Origin: a virus
Lineage: Duplodnaviria; Caudoviricetes
Direction: 5' to 3' (one strand)
Virus record (IMG/VR): IMGVR_UViG_2974613666_000001
Coordinates: 32,001-96,000 of that record
Length of the DNA: 64,000 nt
Below are positions 17,759-28,200 of the stretch, piece by piece. Position 1 is the first letter of the stretch; the number at the start of each line of letters is the position of its first letter. Below the pieces are notes generated by a model. It worked only from the letters and a program-made list of their open reading frames with translations. It was not told the origin of the DNA and made no database searches. The position numbers and the translations under genes were made by a program.

Positions 17759-20095
17759 TTAGTGATCCCAACCACCCATTATTAGACTTTCTGCTGATTT
17801 CTCCATGTCCTCATAAACCATCACACCATTACCTGTAAATCTTTTCATAGCAGCAAGCATAGAATTTTTTACTATTTCTGCACAATCTAAGGCTTGCTGC
17901 TGCGTACAAGTAGCTACAATCTCATCATGGCATATCAGACCTAATCTCAAATCATACTTGTCTGTAAAGACAGCCTCCTGGTAAACCTTTGCTATGCCAG
18001 ATTTCATGATGTCACTTTCTGTTTTTAACCAGACATTTGCGATAGCACCTTGGGGCATATATGGTCTTCCATCCCCTGAATTTTTGCAGAATACATAAGA
18101 CCGTCTCATGTACCCTTCTGTCTTGTTGGGACAGAAGTCAGTCTGCAATACTCCATACCAATGTCCATCAATTTGTATTTTTTTGTTGTTACCTTGCTTC
18201 CACAAGCTAGTTCTAAGTTTTGCAATTTCGGGGAAAACATCAGGAAAAGCATTTACCATTGCTTCACATATTTCCAGAGGTACATCACGCTTTTGACCTG
18301 TCTTGATGGTGTTCTGCAATGTTGGTGCGCTACCGCAATTTAAGCCACTGTACACGACATTTTTACAGCTTGCCCTTATTGGCTTAAAAATCTTTTGGTA
18401 ACGTTTTGCAGTTTCTATGTCTAAACAAGTTACTTTCTCGAAATGACCACCGTTTATATTACTTATATCTTCTACGCTAAGATGCCTATATTGCTTATAT
18501 TCTTCTACGACAGCAAATACAGATTTCATAGTTATCGCGTGGTTATCCAAACCATTCTCTTCTATGTATTTCATAGTTTTACTTGCATACTCACCGCTAT
18601 AAAACTTTGCAATAGCTAAGTGTGCAGCAGGTAAATCTTGGTCAATAGTATTAAATCCTGCTGGTGACTTGAAAATGTGTCTAACTATCGGGCATCCCAT
18701 TTTTACCAAACTATCAGGCATTTTATTTTCACTGGGCGGATTTTGCAGATTAGCAGCCTGACATTTGACAGGGTTTCTCTTGTTACCTGAACAAGTTCTA
18801 CCTTGCCCTTTACGGGTCAATTGCCTCACCCCACCGGATATCCTTGGTATACCTTCAACCCAGATAATCTCCTGCCTCACTTGCTTGCAATAGTTCATGT
18901 AAATTGCAATCGTGCGGAAATCTACAACCAACTGAACCACACGATGATCACCTAGTAAAGCCAAATCAGATTTACTACTCCCATACTTCACCACAGAGTC
19001 GATCACTTCATGAGTTTCCTGCTCTATCTCCAAATCATCCATATCCTCGTCATCATCATCCGCATCTACACCAGACGATCGCTTGTTAGCCTCAATCTGT
19101 TGGTTGATTTTCTGAACGATTCCCGCTATTTGCTGACTAGATTTGATATTGCAGCCTGGGTGCATCTTGACAAATTCCATCTCAATATCAAGTAACTTGG
19201 CTTGATACCATTTGATTTGCCTCTCCAATTCCACTAAATCAACAGGTAAGCCCCAATGGTTGATTTCTACTAAAGCTGGGGTAAATTCACTTTCTATTTT
19301 AGCTACAGTTTGCAATCCTGCTAACTTAATCTCCTTAGCTAAATGCGTGAATAATCGCTTGGTGTAGCTGATGTCCAGCGCTGCATAGTTGATTTGAGCA
19401 TTTCTTAAAGGTAGTGAGAAATCAGAAGACTGCTCGGTTTTATCAACATCTTTAATCTTCAGATAGCGCTCACAGCAATCTTTTAAGCCGTGGCGATACG
19501 TCAGAATACCTGCTGTCAATAGTTGAGAGAGGATCATAGTGTCATAGCTGATCCACATTTTGACACCCCAGTGAACCCGCAAGAATAGCAAATCAAACCC
19601 GATGTTATGTCCAATAAAGGCTTTTTTAGCTTTGGCAAACTCAATGGTCTTAAACTTTAGGTATTCAATAAACGCCTTATACTTTTCAGACAGTAAGGGT
19701 TTATCCCACTTAGTTTTAAGGTCTACAACCAGCACATCTTTCTGATGGACTGCTGAGATTTGAAATAGCCGGATATCACCATAGTAGGGGGATAATGCCA
19801 TATCCTGTAAGCCGTTCGTGGTTCCCTTTTTCCAGCTACGAGCATTAGTGGTCTTCTTTTTATAAGCCCCATTCTCAGGTGCGATCACACCATAAGTTTC
19901 TAAGTCAAGCACCACCAAGTTACTGCTGAAGCATTCGTTAACAAACTGATAGATTTCATCAGTTATATCTGCGTCGCATCCTACAAACTTTACCCAAGGA
20001 GCTAAAGGTTCCTGATTTTCCACTATTGATATACCGTTCTCAGCCCCGATGCTGGAGAACATATCAAGCTGAGTACCTGCAAGTGTTGCAACCAT
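17759..20095 (-). CDS. polA: Family-A DNA polymerase with 3'-5' exonuclease, divergent
   Basis: Exo motifs VLDLET, GHNIGFD and YAALD. Polymerase motifs GRTCS, NLQNPP, RHIFKSPAG, motif A D(LPAAH), motif B RxxxK and motif C CHDEIV. Confidence 0.9.
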   Translation of the reverse strand: MVATLAGTQLDMFSSIGAENGISIVENQEPLAPWVKFVGCDADITDEIYQFVNECFSSNLVVLDLETYGVIAPENGAYKKKTTNARSWKKGTTNGLQDMALSPYYGDIRLFQISAVHQKDVLVVDLKTKWDKPLLSEKYKAFIEYLKFKTIEFAKAKKAFIGHNIGFDLLFLRVHWGVKMWISYDTMILSQLLTAGILTYRHGLKDCCERYLKIKDVDKTEQSSDFSLPLRNAQINYAALDISYTKRLFTHLAKEIKLAGLQTVAKIESEFTPALVEINHWGLPVDLVELERQIKWYQAKLLDIEMEFVKMHPGCNIKSSQQIAGIVQKINQQIEANKRSSGVDADDDDEDMDDLEIEQETHEVIDSVVKYGSSKSDLALLGDHRVVQLVVDFRTIAIYMNYCKQVRQEIIWVEGIPRISGGVRQLTRKGQGRTCSGNKRNPVKCQAANLQNPPSENKMPDSLVKMGCPIVRHIFKSPAGFNTIDQDLPAAHLAIAKFYSGEYASKTMKYIEENGLDNHAITMKSVFAVVEEYKQYRHLSVEDISNINGGHFEKVTCLDIETAKRYQKIFKPIRASCKNVVYSGLNCGSAPTLQNTIKTGQKRDVPLEICEAMVNAFPDVFPEIAKLRTSLWKQGNNKKIQIDGHWYGVLQTDFCPNKTEGYMRRSYVFCKNSGDGRPYMPQGAIANVWLKTESDIMKSGIAKVYQEAVFTDKYDLRLGLICHDEIVATCTQQQALDCAEIVKNSMLAAMKRFTGNGVMVYEDMEKSAESLIMGGWDH

Positions 20096-20245
20096 ATTTT
20101 GTTAAAAGCAGTGAGTATTGTTTAGAGAGTCACGCTATGTCAGCTATAGCACTATATCGCATTGCTACCTGATATACGTTATTGACATTGCTGTAAATAT
20201 ATTCTAGCATTGTTGCTATAACTACCATAAGAGAATAAACCAGAA

Positions 20246-20596
20246 ATGGCAATAGCGATTAGAAAATATACCAGATCGTTCATAGACCTGTTGGAACTAG
20301 ACCTTAACCTAGATTTATGGGGCGAGGTGGTAGAAGTGTTATCTAACTGTCCCGAACCTAACTGGACTAGCCCAGAGCTTTATTTTGCCTATGACCGGAA
20401 TAGGATAATCGGTTTTATCCTTGGTAGCAACGGTTGTAAGTGCTATTACATATCTGTAGACTATCGTTATCGAAATCAAGGCATCGCCTCAGAACTGGTT
20501 AGGGTTTCTGGATTTTACGAACCCCACGATATCTACAACAGCAGTGAGGCTAGAGGGTTCTGGGCTAGTGTAGCTCAAAGTATGGTGGCAGCATGA
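20246..20596 (+). CDS. GNAT-family acetyltransferase
   Basis: ISVDYRYRNQGIASEL acetyl-CoA-binding motif and a C-terminal ARGFW. Confidence 0.75.
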   Translation: MAIAIRKYTRSFIDLLELDLNLDLWGEVVEVLSNCPEPNWTSPELYFAYDRNRIIGFILGSNGCKCYYISVDYRYRNQGIASELVRVSGFYEPHDIYNSSEARGFWASVAQSMVAA

Positions 20597-20928
20597 CCAA
20601 ACTTTCCCACCTTTACACAATCGCCCCCACCCATACACAACTGAATTTAAACCAAGCGGTATGGTGGGTGTGTTTCCTTCTTAAATCCAGCAACACGTAT
20701 CACACAGACATCAAAAATAAGTTACAGCGAGATTACCCAAACTTTAAATTGTCTAGTTGCATACTAGATCAAGCATTAAGTCTGCTGAGGAATGAGAAAC
20801 TTGTAACCACTACAGACCAACCAACAGGTACAAGAGGGGCAAAAAGAAAGATTTACGCGATCGCACCTGCGGGTCAATCTTTGGTTAATGATTTCGCTAA
20901 TTTATGGAGGCAATTCACCAATGGTTAG
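20593..20928 (+). CDS. pex: PadR-family winged-helix regulator, Pex (circadian period extender)-like
   Basis: YxTD..KL...YP.FKLS..IL..AL..L, RGAKRKIY and FANLWRQF align end to end with cyanobacterial Pex as I recall it. Confidence 0.7.
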   Translation: MTKLSHLYTIAPTHTQLNLNQAVWWVCFLLKSSNTYHTDIKNKLQRDYPNFKLSSCILDQALSLLRNEKLVTTTDQPTGTRGAKRKIYAIAPAGQSLVNDFANLWRQFTNG

Positions 20929-21121
20929 TATATCAGCTACTACATTAGACCAGTTAGTTAAATTAACCAAGTTAGACAGGAAAAATATACACCTTATTCT
21001 GGATACTTACCCAGAGCTAGTCAATAATGATCCAGCTACTCTTGATGTGAACAATCTGGCTGATCTCATAAATGACAACAAGTTTGACCTAGTAACAAGT
21101 CTCAATAAATATCGCTGGTGA
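20921..21121 (+). CDS. Small hypothetical protein
   Basis: Coupled ORF in an operon (MVSISATTLDQL...). Confidence 0.5.
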   Translation: MVSISATTLDQLVKLTKLDRKNIHLILDTYPELVNNDPATLDVNNLADLINDNKFDLVTSLNKYRW

Positions 21122-21125
21122 AATT

Positions 21126-21341
21126 ATGACTAACTTTGATTCGCCAAAACTACCTTACTGCTTACCACTACATTTCAAGGACTTCTATGGTAGCCTGACA
21201 GATGATCAGAAAACCTACCTGATCTCAGAATTAGTAGACAGCCATCCTCACAACGTTGCATCCTTTATTGAGAAATTAAAGGAATCCGCTAAACGTGATA
21301 GTGAACTACCAGATAATGATCTTTTTGATTGGGACGCATAA
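21126..21341 (+). CDS. Small hypothetical protein
   Basis: 71-aa ORF in an operon. Confidence 0.55.
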   Translation: MTNFDSPKLPYCLPLHFKDFYGSLTDDQKTYLISELVDSHPHNVASFIEKLKESAKRDSELPDNDLFDWDA

Positions 21342-21559
21342 TAATGTCACTATCTAAAGAGTTTTTTCTGAAAGTTAGGGCTAAGGCTGGTTTGGCAGTC
21401 TTTACCTTACGGAAGATTGCCTTGTACTACTCTGAATATATAGAAGATGGTGGGAGTGATGCAGATGTTGAAAGGTTTGTTGCTTTTATCGAAGAGAACC
21501 GGGACGATATTTTAGCAAATGTAAATCGCTACACCATCCTAGACCAATTCATAGTTTAA
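21329..21559 (+). CDS. Small hypothetical protein (likely start at 21344)
   Basis: ORF immediately upstream of dnaX. Confidence 0.55.
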   Translation: MGRIIMSLSKEFFLKVRAKAGLAVFTLRKIALYYSEYIEDGGSDADVERFVAFIEENRDDILANVNRYTILDQFIV

Positions 21560-21563
21560 AAAA

Positions 21564-23027
21564 ATGTCATTAGTAAATAAGTACAGACCCCAGAGGCTAA
21601 CCCAAATAGTTGGGCAACGTTCCACAGTAATGTGTCTCAAGAACGCTATAAACCGCCAGACTTTACACCCTGCTTACTTATTCAGTGGTGAACGTGGTAC
21701 AGGTAAAACTTCCACAGCCCGTGTAATTGCAAAGTCTTTAAATTGCCAAAGAGGCTTAACAACAGAACCTTGTGGAGAGTGCAGCAACTGTAAATCCATA
21801 CAATCTGGTGGTGCGTCGCTGGGAGTAAATGAAATAGATTGCGCCACCAATAACGGTGTAGACTTTGCCAGAGACTTGGTTAGCAAAATCTATTACGCGC
21901 CGATGTCCAATTACAAAGTTTATGTTTTTGACGAGGCTCATAATTTAACCAGACAGGCTTTCGACGCTTTATTAAAATGCCTTGAGGATTCAGGTAGTAA
22001 GGTAATTTTCATTCTCGTAACTACTGAACCTAACAAAATACCCAAAACAGTACAATCTCGTTGTCAGCACTTCCAATTTACACCACCTTCTCACAGCGAT
22101 GTTGTAAACTACTTGCGATCGCTCCTCGCCCTAGAAAACTTATCTGTGAGCGATGAAATTCTAGAGTTGATTGCTGAACATACAGATGGTGTATTAAGGG
22201 AGGCTTTAACTCTGCTGGATAAAATAGCACTGTCTGGTTTTACTGAAGTTAATGATGTTTACGAGCTACTGAATAAACCGCAACCTACAGACATTCATAA
22301 GTTACTTGCGTGCTGCGTAAAGCAAGACTATCAAGGTATTTATCGTGAACTGAAAGCCGTAAATAAGTCTGGTGCAGATCCTTTAAAAGTGCTGGGAGAT
22401 ATCGCCAACTTCATCAGAAACGCAATTGTTGGTTACAGTAAACCAGACTATAAGCTGATGACCACTGATACAACTACTTTTAAATTAGCTAGTCAGTGGG
22501 GGCGATCGCTTCCCCAATCTACTCTAGTTGACTGTGTGATCATGCTGCGTAAGGCTGAAATTGATTTTATAGCAGCTAAGTTTCCGAAGCTTTATCTGGA
22601 GTCAGTTTTACTTGAGTTATCTAAAATGATGACACTTACTAAAAATGAGTTTACATCTGCTCAAAGTAAACCAACAGTCAAACAGTTGCAACAAGTAGAA
22701 ATGGAAACTGGATCAAACCTAATAACCAACTGTTACTACAATTGCGATAATCCCGTTCTATTAACGTTACCTGAGTTTGAACCTGTAGAACCTTGCGTCA
22801 GAACTGCAATGCTCTGGCAACAGCTTTGTCAAACAGAACCGATGAACAAACTAAGAACTAAAATAGTTGAGTATCAATGGTATGAGCAGGATCTAATGAT
22901 TGTGCTTGACGCAAGTGTTGGTGCTAAACCTAATGTTAAAGAGTTAGCAGCATCAAGGATTAAAGAAGCCCAACGTGCGATCGGTATGCAGCCCTACGAT
23001 TCAATAAATGTGGTAGTGCATTATTAA
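21564..23027 (+). CDS. dnaX: DNA polymerase III gamma/tau (clamp-loader ATPase)
   Basis: KYRPQ..VGQ, Walker A GERGTGKT, Zn motif C..EPCGECSNC, DEAH and SRC motifs. Confidence 0.95.
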   Translation: MSLVNKYRPQRLTQIVGQRSTVMCLKNAINRQTLHPAYLFSGERGTGKTSTARVIAKSLNCQRGLTTEPCGECSNCKSIQSGGASLGVNEIDCATNNGVDFARDLVSKIYYAPMSNYKVYVFDEAHNLTRQAFDALLKCLEDSGSKVIFILVTTEPNKIPKTVQSRCQHFQFTPPSHSDVVNYLRSLLALENLSVSDEILELIAEHTDGVLREALTLLDKIALSGFTEVNDVYELLNKPQPTDIHKLLACCVKQDYQGIYRELKAVNKSGADPLKVLGDIANFIRNAIVGYSKPDYKLMTTDTTTFKLASQWGRSLPQSTLVDCVIMLRKAEIDFIAAKFPKLYLESVLLELSKMMTLTKNEFTSAQSKPTVKQLQQVEMETGSNLITNCYYNCDNPVLLTLPEFEPVEPCVRTAMLWQQLCQTEPMNKLRTKIVEYQWYEQDLMIVLDASVGAKPNVKELAASRIKEAQRAIGMQPYDSINVVVHY

Positions 23028-23227
23028 ATTGTGCTACTGTGGCGTTATGAGTGTTGGTGGTACATACGCTTTGCTTTGATTTTGAGTGTGTACTTCTGTC
23101 ATTTGTTTTACCTTTTATATCAAACCCGCGAACCCTTTGTTGAGTAGGTCGCGGGTTTTTTGTTGGTCATACACAGCACGTCATTAAATTACTAGCCTTA
23201 ATGATATAGAGCTAAACAATTAAAATA

Positions 23228-24481
23228 ATGCAAATATCCCAAAACTGTATAGACCTTATAAAGGAGTTTGAAGGTTTCCGATCCAGTGCTTATCTATGCC
23301 CGGCTGGTGTACCTACTATTGGCTACGGTACTACGATTTATCCCAACGGCGCAAAGGTGGCTACGCAGGATACAATCACACGGCAAGAAGCAGAAGATTT
23401 TCTAGAGGCTTCTGTCCTGCAATTTTCCAAGGCTGTAAATAGCGAAGTAAATGTAAAACTAAATCAAAACCAGTTTGATGCTTTGGTATCGTTTGTGTAT
23501 AACGTTGGTATTGGTGCTTTTAAAAGTAGCACCATGTTGAGACTGATCAACGCCAATAAAATATCTGAAGCGGTTGATGAGTTTCCCAAGTGGGATAAAG
23601 CAACTGTAAATGGCAAGAAAGTATCACTAACAGGATTAGTACGTCGTAGAGAAGCAGAACGGAAACTATTTAACACTAGCGCTGTAACTGCTCAACCTTT
23701 AACTGCTCAACCTGAGTCGGTTCAGGAATCAGTAACATGGCTTAAAGAGTATACCGAGAAGGGTAAAAAGGTTGTAGTTACTTATGGCGGTTCGACTATC
23801 TGTGAGATTCTGCAATTTGAGTATTCACCACCGGAAGATTACTTACGAGAGTTACTAAAGACTTACCCGAACGCAAATAATTCTCATATAGCAACACCTG
23901 GGGAAAGTGTGCCGAAGGGCGATCGTGTTTTCATTATGGATCGCTCTTGCCTAGATTCTAGAAGTGAATTAGCCCAAAATGTTGTCAAGTCAGCCAAGAG
24001 TTTTTTAAGGTTGACAAAAACCAAGAGTAAAGACCAGTTTGGCTGTTATATACTCAAGCTAGATTACTTTAAGAATGGCGTGCTGGTGGATTCTTTAAAC
24101 ACTTGCTCAGGCATTGCTAGTAGGCAATATTTTAGAAAAGGAGTAGATAGTGTAGCTAGAAGTCTAGAACCTTTACCTGAAGGGTCATGGCGAATAGAGA
24201 ATATTAAGTGGGCAGGTGGTAGAGGTAACTGGAATCAGGTATTTAACTCCGGTGTAGGCGCTGTAAGCGTACCCTTAACTTATATCTCACCGGGAAGTAC
24301 CCGCCGAAGTGCAATAGAGGTGCATATTGACAATAACCGCAAGTCAGCCCCAGGTACAGCAGGTTGTGTAGGTGTCTACAATCGTGCTGATATGGAGAGG
24401 TTTCTAGGCTGGTTGTATGACACTGATCCTAGAGACTTTTACTGTGATTGGGGGCTGGGTTCTTGTCCGAAGATTGAGTAG
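23228..24481 (+). CDS. GH24 lysozyme (endolysin) fused to a C-terminal L,D-transpeptidase/Tlde1-like domain
   Basis: FEGFRSSAYLCPAGVPTIGYG, NQFDALVSFVYNVG and GLVRRREAE; C-terminal PLPEGSW...IEVH...GTAGCV. Confidence 0.85.
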   Translation: MQISQNCIDLIKEFEGFRSSAYLCPAGVPTIGYGTTIYPNGAKVATQDTITRQEAEDFLEASVLQFSKAVNSEVNVKLNQNQFDALVSFVYNVGIGAFKSSTMLRLINANKISEAVDEFPKWDKATVNGKKVSLTGLVRRREAERKLFNTSAVTAQPLTAQPESVQESVTWLKEYTEKGKKVVVTYGGSTICEILQFEYSPPEDYLRELLKTYPNANNSHIATPGESVPKGDRVFIMDRSCLDSRSELAQNVVKSAKSFLRLTKTKSKDQFGCYILKLDYFKNGVLVDSLNTCSGIASRQYFRKGVDSVARSLEPLPEGSWRIENIKWAGGRGNWNQVFNSGVGAVSVPLTYISPGSTRRSAIEVHIDNNRKSAPGTAGCVGVYNRADMERFLGWLYDTDPRDFYCDWGLGSCPKIE

Positions 24482-24496
24482 TCGGTTGATAACAAT

Positions 24497-24533
24497 AAAA
24501 AACCTCTAAGTATACATCCTTAGAGGTTTTTTC
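24497..24533. terminator. Bidirectional terminator
   Basis: AAAAACCTCTAAG/CTTAGAGGTTTTT. Confidence 0.7.
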
Positions 24534-24535
24534 AT

Positions 24536-25126
24536 TCAAAATAGATCCAACTGCTTATTCTGTCCAACTCTAGACAACTTAGGATTTATAGACCATAAAT
24601 TAATCGAGTAACGATCGCTCGCGCATCTTATAGCTGCGTGGGGATTTTTGCAATTGAAAAGTACCACCGCACCAGAGGGTAGTTCAAAGGTTTCACGTTC
24701 TGGTGTAAAATCCTGCTTCCCGTAGCAATATCCTGGGTACATTGCTTGATATCCCCACAAGGTTGATTTGCTGGTTAGATTAATGCTCACTGCTGGGTAG
24801 TCTGCATAAGTTGCATCTCTATGCCAGTTTATCCCCACAGAACCATAAGCGACCAAGCCTAATGCAGATTTTGGTTGATAATCCAAACCAGTGTGCTGCA
24901 TCGCCCGGTCAAAAATAGTGCTGCACCAATCCCATAACCGAGGTAACTTGTGAGCTTTATTAAATACTGGTTCCTTGTCCAATGTGGGTTGAGATTTTAA
25001 CCAAAAGCGTTGTCTACCTTTTGCATAACTACTGACATCCCTTTGTAGTAGTTGCTGGTGTTGGTCAAGATATTCGCGGATCTGTTGCTGTTGGGTACTT
25101 GAGATAACTTTAATGATTTGTAGCAT
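24536..25126 (-). CDS. 2OG-Fe(II) oxygenase, AlkB-like
   Basis: INWHRD (HxD), NPHAA (H) and RYSINLW (R) motifs. Confidence 0.8.
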   Translation of the reverse strand: MLQIIKVISSTQQQQIREYLDQHQQLLQRDVSSYAKGRQRFWLKSQPTLDKEPVFNKAHKLPRLWDWCSTIFDRAMQHTGLDYQPKSALGLVAYGSVGINWHRDATYADYPAVSINLTSKSTLWGYQAMYPGYCYGKQDFTPERETFELPSGAVVLFNCKNPHAAIRCASDRYSINLWSINPKLSRVGQNKQLDLF

Positions 25127-25209
25127 TACACTTGTTTTACCTTTGTGCTGATTATTATATCACGTTGTATATGCTACATTTGAAATAGTTTATTTAAAAT
25201 TCTAAAAAT

Positions 25210-28200
25210 ATGTCGCTGTCTCACCTGTTCCACAACCTACGCGAGTACACAATTGGTAAAAATGGAATTGAAACCGCCAACCTACTCACACCATCAAAAA
25301 CGATCGCAGCTATCCGCAAATGTGAAGAAAACCAACTAGAGTTTGCCGAGTTCATGGAAAGTGAGCAGGATTACAAGCGATTGGGCTTGGAGCTTAAATC
25401 CGTACTTGAGAATGTCTATGGTGACACTATTGATGGTTTTGAGGGTGTGAAGGTTAGCAATGGCGAGATTAAAGGGTTTTTCTTCAGTAATTTATCACCT
25501 ACTCTAGTTAAGAAATTCCAGTTTACAGCGTCGCCGCAGGGAATTTACTTTGAGCTAATTAACGCCAATGAAATTAATAATGCTAATGTAAGTTTCCAGG
25601 AAGCTGGCTTATATGCTAATGATGTTGTAGATTTTGCTACGGCTGCAGGTGATAAAAAGAAGCGAGTAATTAAGAATTGCTCAGAGGGAAGTAAAACTTG
25701 TCACGGTGCGGACGGTAAAACCAAATACTGCATCAATAAGAATTTCAAGTGTGCTACAGAACGAAAAGCCACACCAGCCGAGCGCAAATCCAGAACTGTA
25801 AAACCATCACCAGAGGACGCAGCTAAGTTAGAGAAAATTGTACAGCGTGGGGAAGTTGCAGCCGAGAAATTCACCAAAGCACGAGTAAGTAAGGATAAGT
25901 TAGCCAAACTTGATCAGCAATTGCGCGATGAATTAAGCACAGGTGGTGAGGTTGACGTACTGAAGTTGCAACGGAAGCTGAAGTACCCCGCAACTACATA
26001 TGGTAATGACCCTCTAAATAATCCAGTAAATCGGCTACTGGCTGATATGCGGACTAAGGGAGAACTTGAGGCTAATGAGTCAGGTGATAAGGTTAAGTTA
26101 TCTAAATCTGATAAATCATCAGAAACTATAAACAGTAAAACTGCTAAAAACCAAGAATCAGCTAAAGGAAGTGATAAGATAGCTGATACAGGTAAAACAA
26201 AAGGTAAAGCAGTGTTAGAGTCAAAATCTAAGACAATAAAAGAAGCTGAGATAGCCCACAAAAAAATATCCGATGATATCGCAGCTAAAACTAGAAAGTT
26301 CGGAATAGATGAGATATTCAAAGACGATTACCTTTTCAACCCTACTGGCATGGAGGTATTGATCAGAAAGGATGCTAAGTTTATTCCAGCGAAAGTAGTT
26401 TCCTTACAAACTAGCTACAAAGACAACTTAAATAAGGCTACACCTACAGGTCGGTTGGTTGTGGAGACTCAAGACGGTACTAGAGCGTTGAGAATGAGTA
26501 ACGGAATATTAGATAGTAAAAAAGTAAGTGCTGATGATCTTAAAGAGATGAATGCACTTGCTAAACAACAAAGTGAAGCTATGGTAACGCTGAAGAAATC
26601 TGATGAAGACTACTACTATACTAAAAACCTAAACGCACTAGACACCCTAAAAACCCAACAAGTAGAACTACTAGATAAAATCGCCGCCGCAAAAACTCCA
26701 GCCGAGAGACGATCACTCAATAAGGAATTGCAAGCTACCCGTAAAGAAATGGATGCTTTGAAGGCAGGGGACAATAAAAAAGAAGAATGGCGAAAACAAT
26801 CTGAACAAAGTTATGACAAAGCTTTCAATGGTGAAAAGTTCTCCTACGACACCAAGGAAGGTAAAATTATAGCCAAGTATGTACAGGGTAGAGATGGTGT
26901 AAATTACCTAAAGATGTACAAAGATGACAGTGACAACCCGTTCCAAAGTCCAATAATGAATAGATCCGAGTTATCTAACTTTATTGACGGTCTTCATAAT
27001 CCTAAAATTCAGGATGCAAGCGGATTTAACTCAACACCAGTGTTTGATAAGAAAGGCACTCGTAAAGAAATGGAAGATTTGAAGGTTGGGGGCGATCGTG
27101 GTGGGGAAGGCAAGGAAGTAGCCAAAAAAGTACCACAATCTGAAAAGAGCTATGAACAGATAGCCCAAGAAAGAGAAGGTGCTGACTTGACTTACAGACA
27201 GGCAAAAGATGCTCCTAAAGGGGGGGCTGTAAACCAGAATTATGGTAATTCGCAAGCAACTATTGCTGATGCACTAAACCGTAAAGTATTTGGCGTTGGT
27301 AATGGTGAAAAAATCTACAACTGGGCTAAAAAGCATGATGTGGATTTATTCAAATTGCAAATGGATGCTAATAACGATTTTTCTATATCAACAGACGGTA
27401 AAAGGTCAGCAGACAACAGAGCGCTGATGGATGCCGTTGTGATGGGTAAGCCTTTCAAGAAAACTGCGCCCACAGTAAAAACCAAACCCGAACCCGAACC
27501 CGAACCCGTAGCGGAAACCAAGCCTCGTAAAGTTGGTAACTCAGAAGTAGGGTCAGTTTACGATGGAGATAAGAGGCTAGAACATCACGTCTCAATCAAC
27601 GGTAAATCAGAGCATCTTTTCAGTGTGCTAGGTAAAGATAAGTACGGTGAGTTCAAAGATCAATTAGCAGAACTCCAAAAGAAAAATAACTACGACTTAT
27701 CAAAGTACGAACCGGAACTAGATAAGTTGGTAGATGGTTTTATAGCTGATAAGCAAAATCCAGAACCAGTAGTCAGGGGTACTGCTAACACTTCTAAAGC
27801 AGGAGTTCCAACTTACACACGCGATCGCACCCCCGCAGAAGTGGATGAGTACAACCAGCACTTAGATAAGGTTGCTAAGGGGCTGAAAGCTGTTAAGGGT
27901 GAGGTTGCCTTAGCTTTCAGAACCAGAGGTGGCGGTACAGTTACTAAATCTGTAAAAGCTACTGTCTATGGTGAGAGTGGGCTAGCCTACGCGCCTAAAA
28001 CAGATGCAATGGGTGAGGAAGGATTTAGCACACTTAGCGCACTTGTTCACGCTGCATCAGGTTTGAAAATAATAGAAGTTTCTACGGCTAAGGAAGCTAA
28101 ACGGCTGTCCGGACTGTTGGCTGATAGTGGTATTGACTTCAGTAATCCCGATTTAACTACAGATGCGGACGTAGCTTATAAACTACGAGCAATTGTGAAA

